Notes: generated by a model not told the origin, from the letters alone. DNA of 64,000 bases from Chloroflexota bacterium (GCA_029262695.1 JAJCYV010000022.1:49787-113786), one strand, 5' to 3'; positions 28,136-38,413 are shown, counted from the stretch's first letter. Numbers and translations are program-made.

Positions 28136-29290
28136 CTACGGCACATACACATCCGCATCCGGGAAGGCCGCGATGTAAGCGAACCAGAACGTGTAACGGC
28201 CGGGCACCGGCTCCAGGACTGCCCCCTGCAGCGGGCCGGCGGCCGCCTGACCGCTGAGGTCCCAGGCCGAACCCGTCTGCTCGTCCCGGTATCGGCCGTC
28301 GTCGTACGAGAACGACAGCCGTTCGCCCTCCGCCATCGCGAGGTAGGCCGCCGCGGTGGGGCCGTCCGCAGTCGAGAAGACGACGATCTCCTCGCCACCG
28401 AGAGAGTCGTTGATGGCCACGTTGCCCAGCGCCCGCGGTGAGTAGGCCCGGCTGCTGCCACCGACCGTCACGCCGAGAACCTCATCGCCCGCCGCCAGCC
28501 GGCCATCGAGCGCCTCTGGAGACACAGGAAAGGCGAAGCGTTCTTCGTTGACACGGTCGCGATAGCCCTGGAATACGTCACGCTCGTACGACCGCGAGAA
28601 CCCGGTATCGCGACTCAAGACCAGCGTGCCCGGGTGCTCCCGCTCCCACTGCGCCCAGGTCGCCGTCGTCGAAGGGAGCGTCGTCAGACGTGAGCCCGTG
28701 AGCGAGCCGACGATCGCCTCTCCGGCCACCTGCCACCAGTAGGAGTTCGTCTGCCGGTCCAGCATCACCAGGTCAGATTCGTACAGCGCGCTGCTGTTCC
28801 CGAACGTTAGTTCCCGCCCGTCGAGCCGCCTGTCGTAGGCGACGGCACTGCGACAGAGCGGGCAGTAGGAGATGAGGACGGGAGTACCGTCCAGCTCATC
28901 GTTCACGATCTCGTGAAAGTTGAGGATCTTGACGGGGAACGCCCAGGCGCCCCCACGGGCGCCGACGTAACCGATCACCAGGTCGTCGTCCTCGAGCCAG
29001 TCACCGCCGGCGGCGTCCTCGTAGACCGGCGCGTCCAGCGGCGGAATCGCATCGACGAGGGAGAGCGCCAGATCCTCCCCGATCTCAGAGAGCGGCACTG
29101 AACCACCGTCAAATGTGTCGAAGTGCACCTCGTCGAGCGGGACGCTGTGCAGCGACAGGTCGACGCCGGCCACGGTGTCCCGGCCGCCCCCGGTAGGGCC
29201 GCTCGGGGCGCCATCACCACTGCCACCGCAGGCCAGCGCGGCCAGGGCGACCCCGACGGCAGCAACCGTGATCGACGTTCTGCTCCTCAT
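28136..29290 (-). CDS. Secreted/lipoprotein DUF3179-family protein
   Basis: Signal peptide with a LAALACGGSG lipobox-like site and a conserved ISYCPLCRSAVAYDRR block. Confidence 0.4.
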   Translation of the reverse strand: MRSRTSITVAAVGVALAALACGGSGDGAPSGPTGGGRDTVAGVDLSLHSVPLDEVHFDTFDGGSVPLSEIGEDLALSLVDAIPPLDAPVYEDAAGGDWLEDDDLVIGYVGARGGAWAFPVKILNFHEIVNDELDGTPVLISYCPLCRSAVAYDRRLDGRELTFGNSSALYESDLVMLDRQTNSYWWQVAGEAIVGSLTGSRLTTLPSTTATWAQWEREHPGTLVLSRDTGFSRSYERDVFQGYRDRVNEERFAFPVSPEALDGRLAAGDEVLGVTVGGSSRAYSPRALGNVAINDSLGGEEIVVFSTADGPTAAAYLAMAEGERLSFSYDDGRYRDEQTGSAWDLSGQAAAGPLQGAVLEPVPGRYTFWFAYIAAFPDADVYVP

Positions 29291-29318
29291 CTGCTCTTAT
29301 CTACGAACGCCACCAGCG

Positions 29319-30233
29319 TCAGGTTGTCGCCGGGTTTGTCACGAGCCCGCACGTCAGGTGGCCATCGTCATCGACGCACTCTTCCAGGAGCTGCACTCCC
29401 AACCGTTCGCCTTCATCGATCAGGTGGCCAACGTGACCAAAGGACGCCAGTGTATGTTCATGGTCAAGCTGGGGACGGATCACGGTAATCCGTGCCCGGC
29501 CCGAGAAGAGCTGGATATCGCGCTTCACTTGCTGCTGTAGCAGCAACTCCAACGATCGGTAGAGGACCTTGATGATGCTATCTGACTTGAACCCGTCCGG
29601 CGGCTGTGTCAGGTCGATCGCGAGAATGTCGGTGGCGCCGGCGTTCACGGCAGTCTCGAGGTCCATATTCGCCATGAGGCCGCCGTCTACGAGCAGCGCG
29701 CCGCCCGACTCTATGGGACAGAACAGACCGGGTATCGCGGATGATGCGAGTACGGCCCTGGACACCGGACCCTCCTCGAAGACGACCTTCTCTCCTCCGG
29801 TCATGTCGGTGGCAACGACGTGGAGCGGGATCTGCGCGGCCGCGAAATCATCGGCGACCAACGAATCATCGATGAGCTGCTTCAGGAGATCGGTCCGGAA
29901 GATGCAGTTGCGCCGCGTGATGAGGTTGACGGCCAGCCACAGCGGATTCTGCTCGAAGACGCGCGACGCCCGAAGGTCGCGCCAGACGGCTTCCAGTTCG
30001 GCGATGCCCGCCGGGTCTGGCTGGAAGGCGACGAACGCACCGTTGAGAGCGCCCACGCTTGTGCCGACAACCATGGAGGGCCTCAGTCCGGCCCGGAAGA
30101 GCGCCTTGAGAACGCCAACCTGAACGGCCCCCAGAATTCCACCGCCGCTGAGAACCAGCGCCGGTCGGACGTCGCTCGCCAATAGCTGCGGACGGTCATC
30201 GTTAATGACACCGGCCCTTGCTCCACCACCCAT
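29319..30233 (-). CDS. Patatin-like phospholipase
   Basis: Oxyanion GGGxxG (LVLSGGGILGAVQVG) and GTSVG nucleophile elbow (GxSxG), followed by a DGG Asp dyad region (LVDGGLMAN). Confidence 0.8.
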   Translation of the reverse strand: MGGGARAGVINDDRPQLLASDVRPALVLSGGGILGAVQVGVLKALFRAGLRPSMVVGTSVGALNGAFVAFQPDPAGIAELEAVWRDLRASRVFEQNPLWLAVNLITRRNCIFRTDLLKQLIDDSLVADDFAAAQIPLHVVATDMTGGEKVVFEEGPVSRAVLASSAIPGLFCPIESGGALLVDGGLMANMDLETAVNAGATDILAIDLTQPPDGFKSDSIIKVLYRSLELLLQQQVKRDIQLFSGRARITVIRPQLDHEHTLASFGHVGHLIDEGERLGVQLLEECVDDDGHLTCGLVTNPATT

Positions 30234-30251
30234 CCTTCATCCTCCTCCTGA

Positions 30252-30902
30252 TCAGGCGACCGCTTCGGCGAGCGCTTCCTCCATCTGCTCCAGCAAGATC
30301 AGCCCGTTGTGGACCTGTGTCACGACGCCGTCCGGACTGATGAAAACGCTGACAGGCATCCCGAGCCCGCGATACTCGTCGTACACGGAGTCATCCGGGT
30401 CGATTCCGTTGACGGGAAAGCTCACGCCGGTACCGCCGTCGGAGCGGGTCAGATCCTCCAGGAAGCCACGCGCCCGGCCGAGCGGTTCGGCCCGGTTGAC
30501 GGCGACGACGACCAGGTCGTCTGGATGGTCCGCTTGAAGCTGCTCGATATCCGGCAGTTCGGCCTTGCACGGCCCGCACCACGACGCCCAAAAGGTAACG
30601 TAGACGGCCTGTCCTCGAAGATCGCTCAGACGGTGGCGCGTCCCGTCAAAGTCCGATATCTCGAAGTCCGGAGCGAGCTTACCGGCCTGTGGGCCGACAT
30701 CGAACTGCTCGAAGCCCGGTACAGCAGCCGTGTTGAGGATCAGCGCATCTTCGATCCCCTCGCCGCCGCCCTGGCTGCCGAGCACGCCGACGAACGCAAG
30801 CGCGGCCAGAGCCGAACCGACAACTGCCGACAGGGCGACGAGCGTGGTCAGCCGCCTTCGCAGGTCCTGCACCCACGCCCTCTCGCTCAAACGTTCTGAC
30901 AT
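30252..30902 (-). CDS. TlpA/ResA-family membrane-anchored thiol-disulfide oxidoreductase
   Basis: N-terminal TM helix, and a thioredoxin-fold WCGPC active site within YVTFWASWCGPCKAELP. Confidence 0.8.
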   Translation of the reverse strand: MSERLSERAWVQDLRRRLTTLVALSAVVGSALAALAFVGVLGSQGGGEGIEDALILNTAAVPGFEQFDVGPQAGKLAPDFEISDFDGTRHRLSDLRGQAVYVTFWASWCGPCKAELPDIEQLQADHPDDLVVVAVNRAEPLGRARGFLEDLTRSDGGTGVSFPVNGIDPDDSVYDEYRGLGMPVSVFISPDGVVTQVHNGLILLEQMEEALAEAVA

Positions 30903-30903
30903 G

Positions 30904-31764
30904 CTATACCTCCGTCGATACGTCGCCCAGAAGGCCGAAGTTGAAGAGAGTGTTCAGGTTGATAAGGCTGTCCGTGAAGATGAGGACGCCCACCACGATG
31001 ATCAGGGCGCCGCTCGCGAAGTTGACGTACCCTATGTAGCGCTTGACGTAGTTGTATACGGGCTTGACGGTGCCGTAAGCGGCGCCCATGGCGAGAAACG
31101 GGACCGCCAGACCTGCCGCATAGGCGAAGAGGAGCACCCCGGCCTGGGCGACGGTGCCGCTGGACACAGCCAGCGCAAGAATAGCGCCGAGAGTTGGGCC
31201 GATACAGGGGCTCCAACCGGCAGAGAAGGTGGACCCCACGACGAAAGAGCGGGCGTACCCGATCTTGGCTCCAGAGCCGGCGTCCAGCCGGCGCTCTGCC
31301 TCAAGGAAGGGGATGGTGATTACGCCGGCGAGGTGGAGCCCGAGAATAACGAGTGTGCCGCCGGACACCTTGAAGATGATTTCCTGCTGGTCTCGCAAGA
31401 AGAACCCGATGATGCCCAGCGAGATGCCAAACAGAATGAACACGAGCGAGAAGCCGCTCGTGAAGCTAACCGCATGCAAGAAGGGCGACGGCCGAGCGAC
31501 GGCGGCGACGCTGTTTGATCCAGCCTGTCCGTGACCTGACGTCGCCATTGCCGAAGCCGTGACCAGAGTGCCGGCTCCAGCACCGGCCGCGTCCTGCACC
31601 GGCACCGAAGCGCCAGCTTTGGTCGATGGGCCTTCGAGCGACGCGCCGGTGAGATAGCCCAGGTAGGCAGGGATCAGGGGAAGGATGCAAGGGGAAGCGA
31701 TCGACAGAAGCCCGGCGAAGAAAGCAATGAAGATGCTTATGCCGCCGATCTCTGCGAAGCCCAT
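30904..31764 (-). CDS. ccdA: Cytochrome c-type biogenesis / disulfide-reductant transporter CcdA (DsbD family)
   Basis: Conserved ASPCILPLIPAYLGYLTG and GWSPCIGPTLGAIL Cys motifs in TM helices. The start is the MGFAEIGG Met at 31764 after an AGGAGGAGG RBS. Track ORF 30904..31854 is over-extended. It carries an unusually long Ala/Gly/Ser-rich loop. Confidence 0.75.
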   Translation of the reverse strand: MGFAEIGGISIFIAFFAGLLSIASPCILPLIPAYLGYLTGASLEGPSTKAGASVPVQDAAGAGAGTLVTASAMATSGHGQAGSNSVAAVARPSPFLHAVSFTSGFSLVFILFGISLGIIGFFLRDQQEIIFKVSGGTLVILGLHLAGVITIPFLEAERRLDAGSGAKIGYARSFVVGSTFSAGWSPCIGPTLGAILALAVSSGTVAQAGVLLFAYAAGLAVPFLAMGAAYGTVKPVYNYVKRYIGYVNFASGALIIVVGVLIFTDSLINLNTLFNFGLLGDVSTEV

Positions 31765-31950
31765 TCCCGTTCCTCCTCCTAACCTCAACCTGGCACCGGA
31801 CGACCCGCGCCCCACCTGTGCCTGCTGAGATCCATAATCGGTCGCGCGCATCAACGCCTCATAAACACGGCATTGGGGCCGCCTTAACGACGCTGCCCTG
31901 CGGTGCGAACGCCACTGAGGAGCGGCTATGATACAAAGCTGAGGGCCGAG

Positions 31951-32640
31951 ATGACGCGAGTATTGGTGATCGACGATGCGCAGGCAGACCGGAGGCTACT
32001 CCGCGACGCGCTCCAGGCGGACGGTTTCGAGGTGGAGGAGGCCGAGGACGGCCAGGAGGGGCTGCGCAAGCTGTTCGCCGACCATCCGGATGCGATCGTA
32101 CTGGACGTGCTAATGCCCGGCATGGACGGCTGGGCAGTGTGCGAGCGGATTCGAGAGTTCACCGACACTCCGGTCATCATGCTGACGTCGCTGGACCGCG
32201 AAGAGGAGATCGTCAAAGGGCTGGAGCTGGGAGCTGATGACTTCGTCTCGAAGCCGGTGTCGCCACGTCAGCTGATCGCCCGCGTCAAAGCGGTCCTGAG
32301 ACGGTCACACAGCCACACCGAAGAGCCGGAGGAGTTCCGGTACGACGACGGGGCTCTCATCGTCGACACGGCGCAGCACGAAGTACTGCTGAACGGCCAA
32401 CCCGTAGAGCTCTCGCCAACCGAGTTCAGGCTGCTGGTCGCCCTGGCCGCGGCGCCCGGACGAGTTCACGAATACACCTCGCTCCTGGGGAGCGTCTGGG
32501 GCGAGGAGTACGTCGACGACATCGACTTCCTGCGCGTCTATATCTGGCGGCTGAGGAAGAAGCTCGAGGAAGTCCCGAATGACCCCAGGCGGATCGTGAC
32601 GGAGCGCGGATTCGGCTATCGCTTCGTACGATCGTCTTAG
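31951..32640 (+). CDS. OmpR-family response regulator
   Basis: REC domain (RVLVIDDAQAD...LDVLMPGMDGW) plus a winged-helix output domain (GFGYRFV). ATG 31951 is internal to track ORF 31903..32640. Confidence 0.8.
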   Translation: MTRVLVIDDAQADRRLLRDALQADGFEVEEAEDGQEGLRKLFADHPDAIVLDVLMPGMDGWAVCERIREFTDTPVIMLTSLDREEEIVKGLELGADDFVSKPVSPRQLIARVKAVLRRSHSHTEEPEEFRYDDGALIVDTAQHEVLLNGQPVELSPTEFRLLVALAAAPGRVHEYTSLLGSVWGEEYVDDIDFLRVYIWRLRKKLEEVPNDPRRIVTERGFGYRFVRSS

Positions 32641-32783
32641 GGCATCATCTCCTGATCCCAACCTGGTTGTCCAAATCGTCTATGTCCTGTCTATTTCCAG
32701 CCGCCCGTCCGCGACCCTACGATAAACCTGGCGGCCGAAGAATGAACGCCACCGGGAGTAACCTTTCGAGGGGCAGGTCAACG

Positions 32784-33164
32784 ATGAGCGGCAGAGTACT
32801 GATAGTCGAGGACGATCGGGTAAGCCAGAAGATGGTCCGCGATGCGCTGCGGGCCGCCGGCTACGAGACTGACGAGGTCCACAGCGGCGAGCTGGCCCTG
32901 CAGAAGGTGGCCGAGGGCACGCCAGACCTCATAGTGATGGACATCCGGCTTCCAGGCATGGACGGACTCGAGACGACCAGACGGCTAAAGGCTGACCCGG
33001 AGACGGCGGCGATCCCGGTCGTTGCGGTTACGGCGCATGCGATGCCAGAGGACGAATCGATGATACGCGAAGCAGGATGCGACGCCTACATGCCGAAGCC
33101 GCTTCGCTTCTCCGCCCTGCTGGGCCTGGTGAGGGAGCTCCTCACCGGCAGCCTGCCCGCCTGA
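32784..33164 (+). CDS. Single-domain CheY-like receiver protein
   Basis: RVLIVEDDRVS...IVMDIRLPGMDGLE...AVTAH...KPL receiver motifs. The likely start is the MSGRVLIVEDD Met. Confidence 0.7.
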   Translation: MSGRVLIVEDDRVSQKMVRDALRAAGYETDEVHSGELALQKVAEGTPDLIVMDIRLPGMDGLETTRRLKADPETAAIPVVAVTAHAMPEDESMIREAGCDAYMPKPLRFSALLGLVRELLTGSLPA

Positions 33165-33198
33165 ACCAGCCACCGCCAGAACTCCGACCAGACGAGCG

Positions 33199-34998
33199 CT
33201 ATCGTGAGACCGGGATCGCCACGTGGAAGGCGCTGCCCTCGCCGGGCTCGCTTTCCAGCCAGACGCGGCCGCCGTGCAACTCGACGAAGCGCCTGCAAAT
33301 GGCCAGGCCCAACCCCGTCCCGTCGTGAGTACCCGGGACCTGCACGAACTCGTCGAACACTCTCTCGGAGTACTCCTCCGGAATGCCCGGTCCGTTGTCC
33401 TCAACGGAGAGGACGATTTCGTCACCAATCTGCCGGCCGGTGAAGACCACGGCGCCGCCCTCGGGCGTGAACTTGACCGCGTTGGACAGGAGGTTGTACA
33501 CGATCTGCTTCAGCTTCCGCTGGTCCGCCTCGACGATCACTTCGCCATCCGGCAACTGAACACGGAAATCGATCGACTTGCGGGCGGCGCGCTCGCGCAC
33601 GATCTTCGCGCTGCTCTCCATCAAGGAGCGTAGCGCGAAATGATCGGACTGCAGTTCCAGACGGCCCGCCTCGACTTTCGACAGGTCAAGCACGTCGTTG
33701 ATCAGGCTGAGCAGGTGCTCGCCGCTCTGGTTGATGTCGCCTACGTACTCGGCCTGCCTCTCGTTCAGCTCTCCCAGCACACCCTCGGCCAGCAGTTCCG
33801 AGCCACCGAGGACGGCGTTGAGGGGGGTGCGCAGCTCGTGAGAGAGGCTCGCGAGGAACTCGGTCTTGTGCCGGTTCGCCTGTTCGAGCTGGACGTTCAG
33901 TCGCCGCAGGGCGTCGGCGCTCTCCTCAGACTTCTGATGAAGGATCGTGTGCTCGACGACGACCGCCAGGTGGCAGGCGATCTCCTGTGCGGCGTGCAGG
34001 TCCTTGACGTTGAAGCTATCAGCCGGACGACTGCGAAAGTTGAGGCAGCCGATGACGCGCCCGCGGGACTCAAGCGGCACGCACATGAGCGACAGGTAGC
34101 CTGACTCCGCCGCCACTACCGCCTCGATAGGGTAAACGCCGTCTTCGAGCATGTTGCTGCGAATGATCGGCTGGCCTGAGCGGATGGCCTCTCCGAAGGG
34201 AGTATCGAACAGGCCTGTGCGGCTACGCTCCGTCTGGGGCGCATCCTCCCCCGAACCTGCGTACGTCTCGACATAGTCAGTGTCAGGCGGATGGACGCTG
34301 ATGTTCAGGCGGTCGAACTCAAGCAGCCGCCTCACCTGGCTTGCGATTCCGTCGATGGCCTCCGGCGTATTCATGCTGGAAACCGCCACCCGCATCAGCT
34401 CGTTGATGATCTGCGCCCGCTCCGTGAGGTCCGCCTGCCGGCTGAAGAGACGCGCACGTTCGATCGCAATGCCCAGCTGCTCGCCCAGAGCGGTGAACAG
34501 AGCCTTTTCGCTGGCGTCGAATGTGCAGTGCTCACGGGCGACGAGCCCGAGGACGCCAACCGAACGCCCGCGAACCACTAGCGGGATGCACACATGGGTC
34601 TTGATGCCCGCCTCGCGGAACGCCGGAAGCTCGCGGTCGTCCTGTCCGGAGTCCTGGACGATCATGAGCTGGCAGCGCTCAGCGGCGATGCCCGGAATGC
34701 CCTGCCCAACGCGCATTGGCTCTGCTTGCATCTGACTCCGCGCCGCCGCGGGAAGATTGTGCTGCGCCGCGACCCGCATAAGCCGCCCGTCCTCGTCAAC
34801 GAGAAGTGCCGCCCCCGCCTCCATGCCTGTGAGTGCGAGCATGCGCTTGAGCGCCACCTCAAGAAGCTCCGGCAGGTCCAGGGTCCGCGCCGCCTCAGCC
34901 GCGATGTCGTTGACCACGGGCAGAGGGTCAGCCCGCTGTTGTGCGGCTGTCTTCCCGGGGGAGGGATCTCCTCGGCGCTTCTCGGACAATCGACTCAT
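33199..34998 (-). CDS. Cytoplasmic GAF-GAF sensor histidine kinase
   Basis: Two GAF-like blocks, HisKA (SHELRTPLNAVLGGSELL), and HATPase_c (DNGPGIPEE...GTGLGLAI). Confidence 0.8.
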   Translation of the reverse strand: MSRLSEKRRGDPSPGKTAAQQRADPLPVVNDIAAEAARTLDLPELLEVALKRMLALTGMEAGAALLVDEDGRLMRVAAQHNLPAAARSQMQAEPMRVGQGIPGIAAERCQLMIVQDSGQDDRELPAFREAGIKTHVCIPLVVRGRSVGVLGLVAREHCTFDASEKALFTALGEQLGIAIERARLFSRQADLTERAQIINELMRVAVSSMNTPEAIDGIASQVRRLLEFDRLNISVHPPDTDYVETYAGSGEDAPQTERSRTGLFDTPFGEAIRSGQPIIRSNMLEDGVYPIEAVVAAESGYLSLMCVPLESRGRVIGCLNFRSRPADSFNVKDLHAAQEIACHLAVVVEHTILHQKSEESADALRRLNVQLEQANRHKTEFLASLSHELRTPLNAVLGGSELLAEGVLGELNERQAEYVGDINQSGEHLLSLINDVLDLSKVEAGRLELQSDHFALRSLMESSAKIVRERAARKSIDFRVQLPDGEVIVEADQRKLKQIVYNLLSNAVKFTPEGGAVVFTGRQIGDEIVLSVEDNGPGIPEEYSERVFDEFVQVPGTHDGTGLGLAICRRFVELHGGRVWLESEPGEGSAFHVAIPVSR

Positions 34999-35099
34999 CT
35001 ACCTGTCATACGACGGCGACACGATCGGGGGGCTCTGATGGTGGCCCCATGATATGCGCGCGGGAGACTCTGTCAACGAGGAAGCTCGCCGGCCTGACT

Positions 35100-35438
35100 C
35101 TATGCGGCGCTCTCCACCAGGGCCCCATCGAGCAACTGCAGAAGCTCGCTCTTCGGGCGGAAGCCGACGACTTCGTCGATCGCCTGACCATCCTTGAACA
35201 GGATCAGCGTCGGGATGCTTCGCACGCCGAGATGCATGACTGTATCGACGTTCCCGTCCACGTTGACCTTGACGACTCTGGCGCGCCCTTCGTACTCGCC
35301 GGCCAGCTCCTCGACGAGGGGAGCTACCATGCGGCAGGGCCCGCACCAGGGCGCCCAGAAGTCTACGAGCACCGGTACGTCAGACTCCAGGACGTCTGAC
35401 CCGAAGGTCGCGTCCGTCACTTCATCCGGGTTTACCAT
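35100..35438 (-). CDS. trxA: Thioredoxin
   Basis: [18 protein letters not shown] active site. The 112 aa start is the MVNPDEV Met after an AAGGAGA RBS. Track ORF 35100..35507 is over-extended. Confidence 0.85.
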   Translation of the reverse strand: MVNPDEVTDATFGSDVLESDVPVLVDFWAPWCGPCRMVAPLVEELAGEYEGRARVVKVNVDGNVDTVMHLGVRSIPTLILFKDGQAIDEVVGFRPKSELLQLLDGALVESAA

Positions 35439-35516
35439 GTTTGATCTCCTTTCGCACCGCTCTCTCATGAGGGCGGGATGGCTCGGCACATGTGGGGGCG
35501 TCAACAAGAATGCTGG

Positions 35517-35699
35517 CTAGGCTGCGAGCTGGACCTGGCCCTCGTCGAAGAGCATGGCGATCGCCTCTGGCTGAACGGTGCGGCTGCACTGGAGGCAGCG
35601 CCATTCCGGCTCGTACTCGCTGAAGTCGACGTAGGCGTCGCCGTTGCAGTGCTGGCACGCCCGGAAGCGGAACTGCCTGTTGTTCTGTGTTGTAGCCAT
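35517..35699 (-). CDS. Small Zn-ribbon protein (Cx2C-x17-Cx2C), hypothetical
   Basis: 60 aa with CQHC...CLQC pairs, lying next to trxA. Confidence 0.35.
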   Translation of the reverse strand: MATTQNNRQFRFRACQHCNGDAYVDFSEYEPEWRCLQCSRTVQPEAIAMLFDEGQVQLAA

Positions 35700-36151
35700 C
35701 TGGGCTGACCTCCTGCTCGCGTTGGTCCGTGTGATGGTTCACACTTTGGCGCTGCGGAATTAACGGGCCATTAACGAGCGATTACGTCCTCATTAAGGTG
35801 ACGGAAGGGCACGAGGCCAAGCGCCCACGCTCGCGTAGATGTTCTGAGGAGTTGCGCAGCGTGGGCTGGTTGATTCGTCGTCCAGGCGAATGCCGGACTC
35901 GCAGCTCTTTCAATGGCACGGAAAGCCCCCGTTTATGGCGCGTTAATCCGCTCCTGCGAGTCTGGGGGCATGAACAAGCACAGGCAGCCCAGCAAAGCCA
36001 AGGAAGGTCCGCGGCCCATCAGGCCGTCGACGCCCGGTAATGCGGGTCCTGACGGGTCTCCCGGGCTCCACGCAATCAGGAGGTGGTACGAACCGCAATC
36101 AGCAAACACAAATCCAAATCGATTCAAGAATCTAAATAGAGGAGGATTGTA

Positions 36152-36550
36152 GTGTCGTACCAACACAGGGTCGACCTAATACCATCCCCACCGATTCAGA
36201 CGCGGGTCTACCCGGTCCTGATCGCAGTGGGGTTTCTAATCGTCCTGGCGGCGCTGGTCATCGGAGTAGCGCTGGCAGCGACGGCATCCGACGTCTTTGA
36301 CAACACCAAGGCAGTCAGGGACGCAGCATTGCCCGGGTCTTCGCTACTGAGCGATCAGAGTGGCCTGGCGGCGGTCCCGCTCTGGGTTCAGCCGTTCACG
36401 TTCCTGGGCATCGGCTTCCTGATAGCGGGGATCTTCACCGTCTTCTGGGGCCTTCTGCGGTCACTGCGCGAGGCGCGAGGCGCGGCCATGCTGGAGGCCG
36501 TCCCGGCGCTGCTGCTGCAGCCGACGGGTGAGCCGAAGGGAGGAGAGTAG
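36152..36550 (+). CDS. Membrane protein, paralog A (single copy of a roughly 120-aa 2-TM module), uncharacterised family
   Basis: GTG start after an AGAGGAGGA RBS. Topology is TM1, a ~45 aa loop containing SDVFDNTKAVRDAA, then TM2 (WVQPFTFLGIGFLIAGIF) and an R-rich tail. It is homologous to each half of the next two genes. Confidence 0.5.
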   Translation: MSYQHRVDLIPSPPIQTRVYPVLIAVGFLIVLAALVIGVALAATASDVFDNTKAVRDAALPGSSLLSDQSGLAAVPLWVQPFTFLGIGFLIAGIFTVFWGLLRSLREARGAAMLEAVPALLLQPTGEPKGGE

Positions 36551-36552
36551 AC

Positions 36553-37290
36553 ATGGCTACTACTTCAGAGACGCTATTCGGTGGCCGCACAGTGCTGGCC
36601 AGGCCGGAAGCGACGACGATGCAGAAGGTGGCCCGCTACATGTGGGTGCCGATGCTGCTCATGGGGCTGATGGTCATCGCCGCGAGCGTGGTAATTGGCA
36701 TCACAAACGCCGCGGCCGCATCCGACTACTTCGGGCTGCCGCAGGCGGTCCGTGGGGCGGCTGACGCTCCCGCAAGCGTGATAGACGACCGGCAGTTCAT
36801 CGAGTCCACAAACGTGTGGCTGCCCGGGTTGCAGCTCCTCGGGATCGGACTGATCCTGTCGGCGATCACGTTCTCGCTGGCGAGCATCCTCGGCGTCTTC
36901 CGCGCCGGCGGCGTTCGCTTGCAGCAGGCGCTCGGCCGTGAGGCGCAGAGCCTGACCCCGCCGATCACAGCCCGGCTGTTCCCGATGCTGATGATGATGG
37001 GGCTCATGGTCCTGATCGTGAACCTCGTCATCGCGGCGATCATCGGCGGCCTCGCCTGGGACGTCTACGGCAACTCGATCGCGGAGATCAACGCCGCGCC
37101 CGAGGGTTCGGCCCTTCTGGACGACCTCGGGACGGTCAACACATACAAGACGTGGCTGGCGCCGCTCCCGTTCATCGGCATCGCGATGATCCTCGTCGGG
37201 ATATCGTTCGCCGTGCACACGATCCTGCAGGTAATCCGGTTCCAGGGCCAGCGCATCCGTGAGCTGGCTCAGGCTGGCGCGGGAAAGTAA
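36553..37290 (+). CDS. Membrane protein, paralog B (internal tandem duplication of the same 2-TM module)
   Basis: Both halves repeat the pattern TM, a SDYF/WDVYGN loop, WLPGLQLLGIGLIL / WLAPLPFIGIAMIL, and a ...RFQGQRIRELAQ tail. It starts 3 bp after paralog A. Confidence 0.5.
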   Translation: MATTSETLFGGRTVLARPEATTMQKVARYMWVPMLLMGLMVIAASVVIGITNAAAASDYFGLPQAVRGAADAPASVIDDRQFIESTNVWLPGLQLLGIGLILSAITFSLASILGVFRAGGVRLQQALGREAQSLTPPITARLFPMLMMMGLMVLIVNLVIAAIIGGLAWDVYGNSIAEINAAPEGSALLDDLGTVNTYKTWLAPLPFIGIAMILVGISFAVHTILQVIRFQGQRIRELAQAGAGK

Positions 37291-37302
37291 GGGAGGCGCA
37301 AG

Positions 37303-38031
37303 ATGACTCAAGCAATAGGTTCTCTACCCAAGACGATAGAGCTTCGCGCTCCCCGTATGACGAAGATGCAGGAGATGGCAAAGCTGATGTGGCTGCCGAT
37401 GTTCGCGATGGGCCTCATGGTGCTGATCGCGAGCCTGGTGATCGGCGGTGTCGAGTCGGTGCTGTCGGCCGACCTGTTCGACCTCGACAAGGCAGCGCGT
37501 GAAGGCGCGAACGCCAGCAGCTCGACCCTCGACAAGCAGCAGTTCATCGAGTCGACGAGGCTGTGGCTGCCGCGATTCCAGCTCCTGGGCATGGGGCTAC
37601 TCTTCGGCGGGATAACGTTCCTGTTGGCGACGATCCTCGGCAACCTGCGGCTGTACGGCGGGCTCGTCCAGGAGAAGTCCGGGCGCAAAGTGCTGGCGCT
37701 GACTCCACCGTGGTCGGCCCAGGTGTTCCCAATCGCCATGATGGCCGGCCTGATGGTGCTGATCGTGTCGCTGGTGATCAGCGTCATCGTCGCATTCACC
37801 GCCGGTGACGTGTACGGGAACCCGCTCTCGACCATCGGTGGAGCGGAGGCCGGGTCCGGGCTGCTGGACGACTTCCAGACGGTGAAGACGTTCGCAGCGT
37901 GGTTGCAGTCGTTCGCTTTCGCGGGGCTGGCGCTGGTGCTTTCGGGCATCGTGCTGGCGCTGTACACGATCGCGCAGGTTCTGCGGTTCCAGCACGAGCG
38001 CATCGCTCAGCTGGCGGAGGGCGCAGAGTAG
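37303..38031 (+). CDS. Membrane protein, paralog C (internal tandem duplication of the same 2-TM module)
   Basis: About 45-50% identical to paralog B along its whole length (LFDLDKAAREGA..., WLPRFQLLGMGLLFGGITF, RFQHERIAQLAEG). Confidence 0.5.
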   Translation: MTQAIGSLPKTIELRAPRMTKMQEMAKLMWLPMFAMGLMVLIASLVIGGVESVLSADLFDLDKAAREGANASSSTLDKQQFIESTRLWLPRFQLLGMGLLFGGITFLLATILGNLRLYGGLVQEKSGRKVLALTPPWSAQVFPIAMMAGLMVLIVSLVISVIVAFTAGDVYGNPLSTIGGAEAGSGLLDDFQTVKTFAAWLQSFAFAGLALVLSGIVLALYTIAQVLRFQHERIAQLAEGAE

Positions 38032-38055
38032 GAGCCCCTCTCTCGCTCTCACCCA

Positions 38056-38094
38056 GACGGCTGGCCCCTCCTAACGAAGGGGCCAGCCGTTTGC
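38056..38094 (+). terminator. Rho-independent terminator
   Basis: 12-bp perfect stem ACGGCTGGCCCC / GGGGCCAGCCGT with a 10-nt loop, followed by TTTGCT. It lies 25 bp after the paralog C stop. Confidence 0.7.
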
Positions 38095-38413
38095 TATGGA
38101 CATACGGATGCGATCGCGACGATGGCCGGCCCGCAGATCGCGAGCGCCGCGACGAATCGAGGCCGTATCCGCTCCGGAGGAGGGGGCAACGCCGATGCGC
38201 CCCGAGGGACGATCCTATATTGTGTAAAGGTCGGACGGATCGATGGCAGCTTCGGCCTCCGGGCGATAACGACGCGAGCTCCGTCGGCGGAAGGCGATTC
38301 GAAGACCTTGAGGACCGTCCCTGAAATCCGGGTGCAACGCCAGGCTCCGACCGTGCACACCACACCCGGCTCCGGACGTTCCCGTGGATCTGCAGAGAAC
38401 AAGAAAGAGGCCA

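Noticed and set aside
29319-30233. Patatin-like phospholipase as a CBASS/defence effector
   Set aside because: No cyclase, CD-NTase, HORMA/TRIP13 or other defence partner lies adjacent. It sits in a housekeeping envelope and thiol-redox run, so it is most likely a lipid-metabolism patatin.
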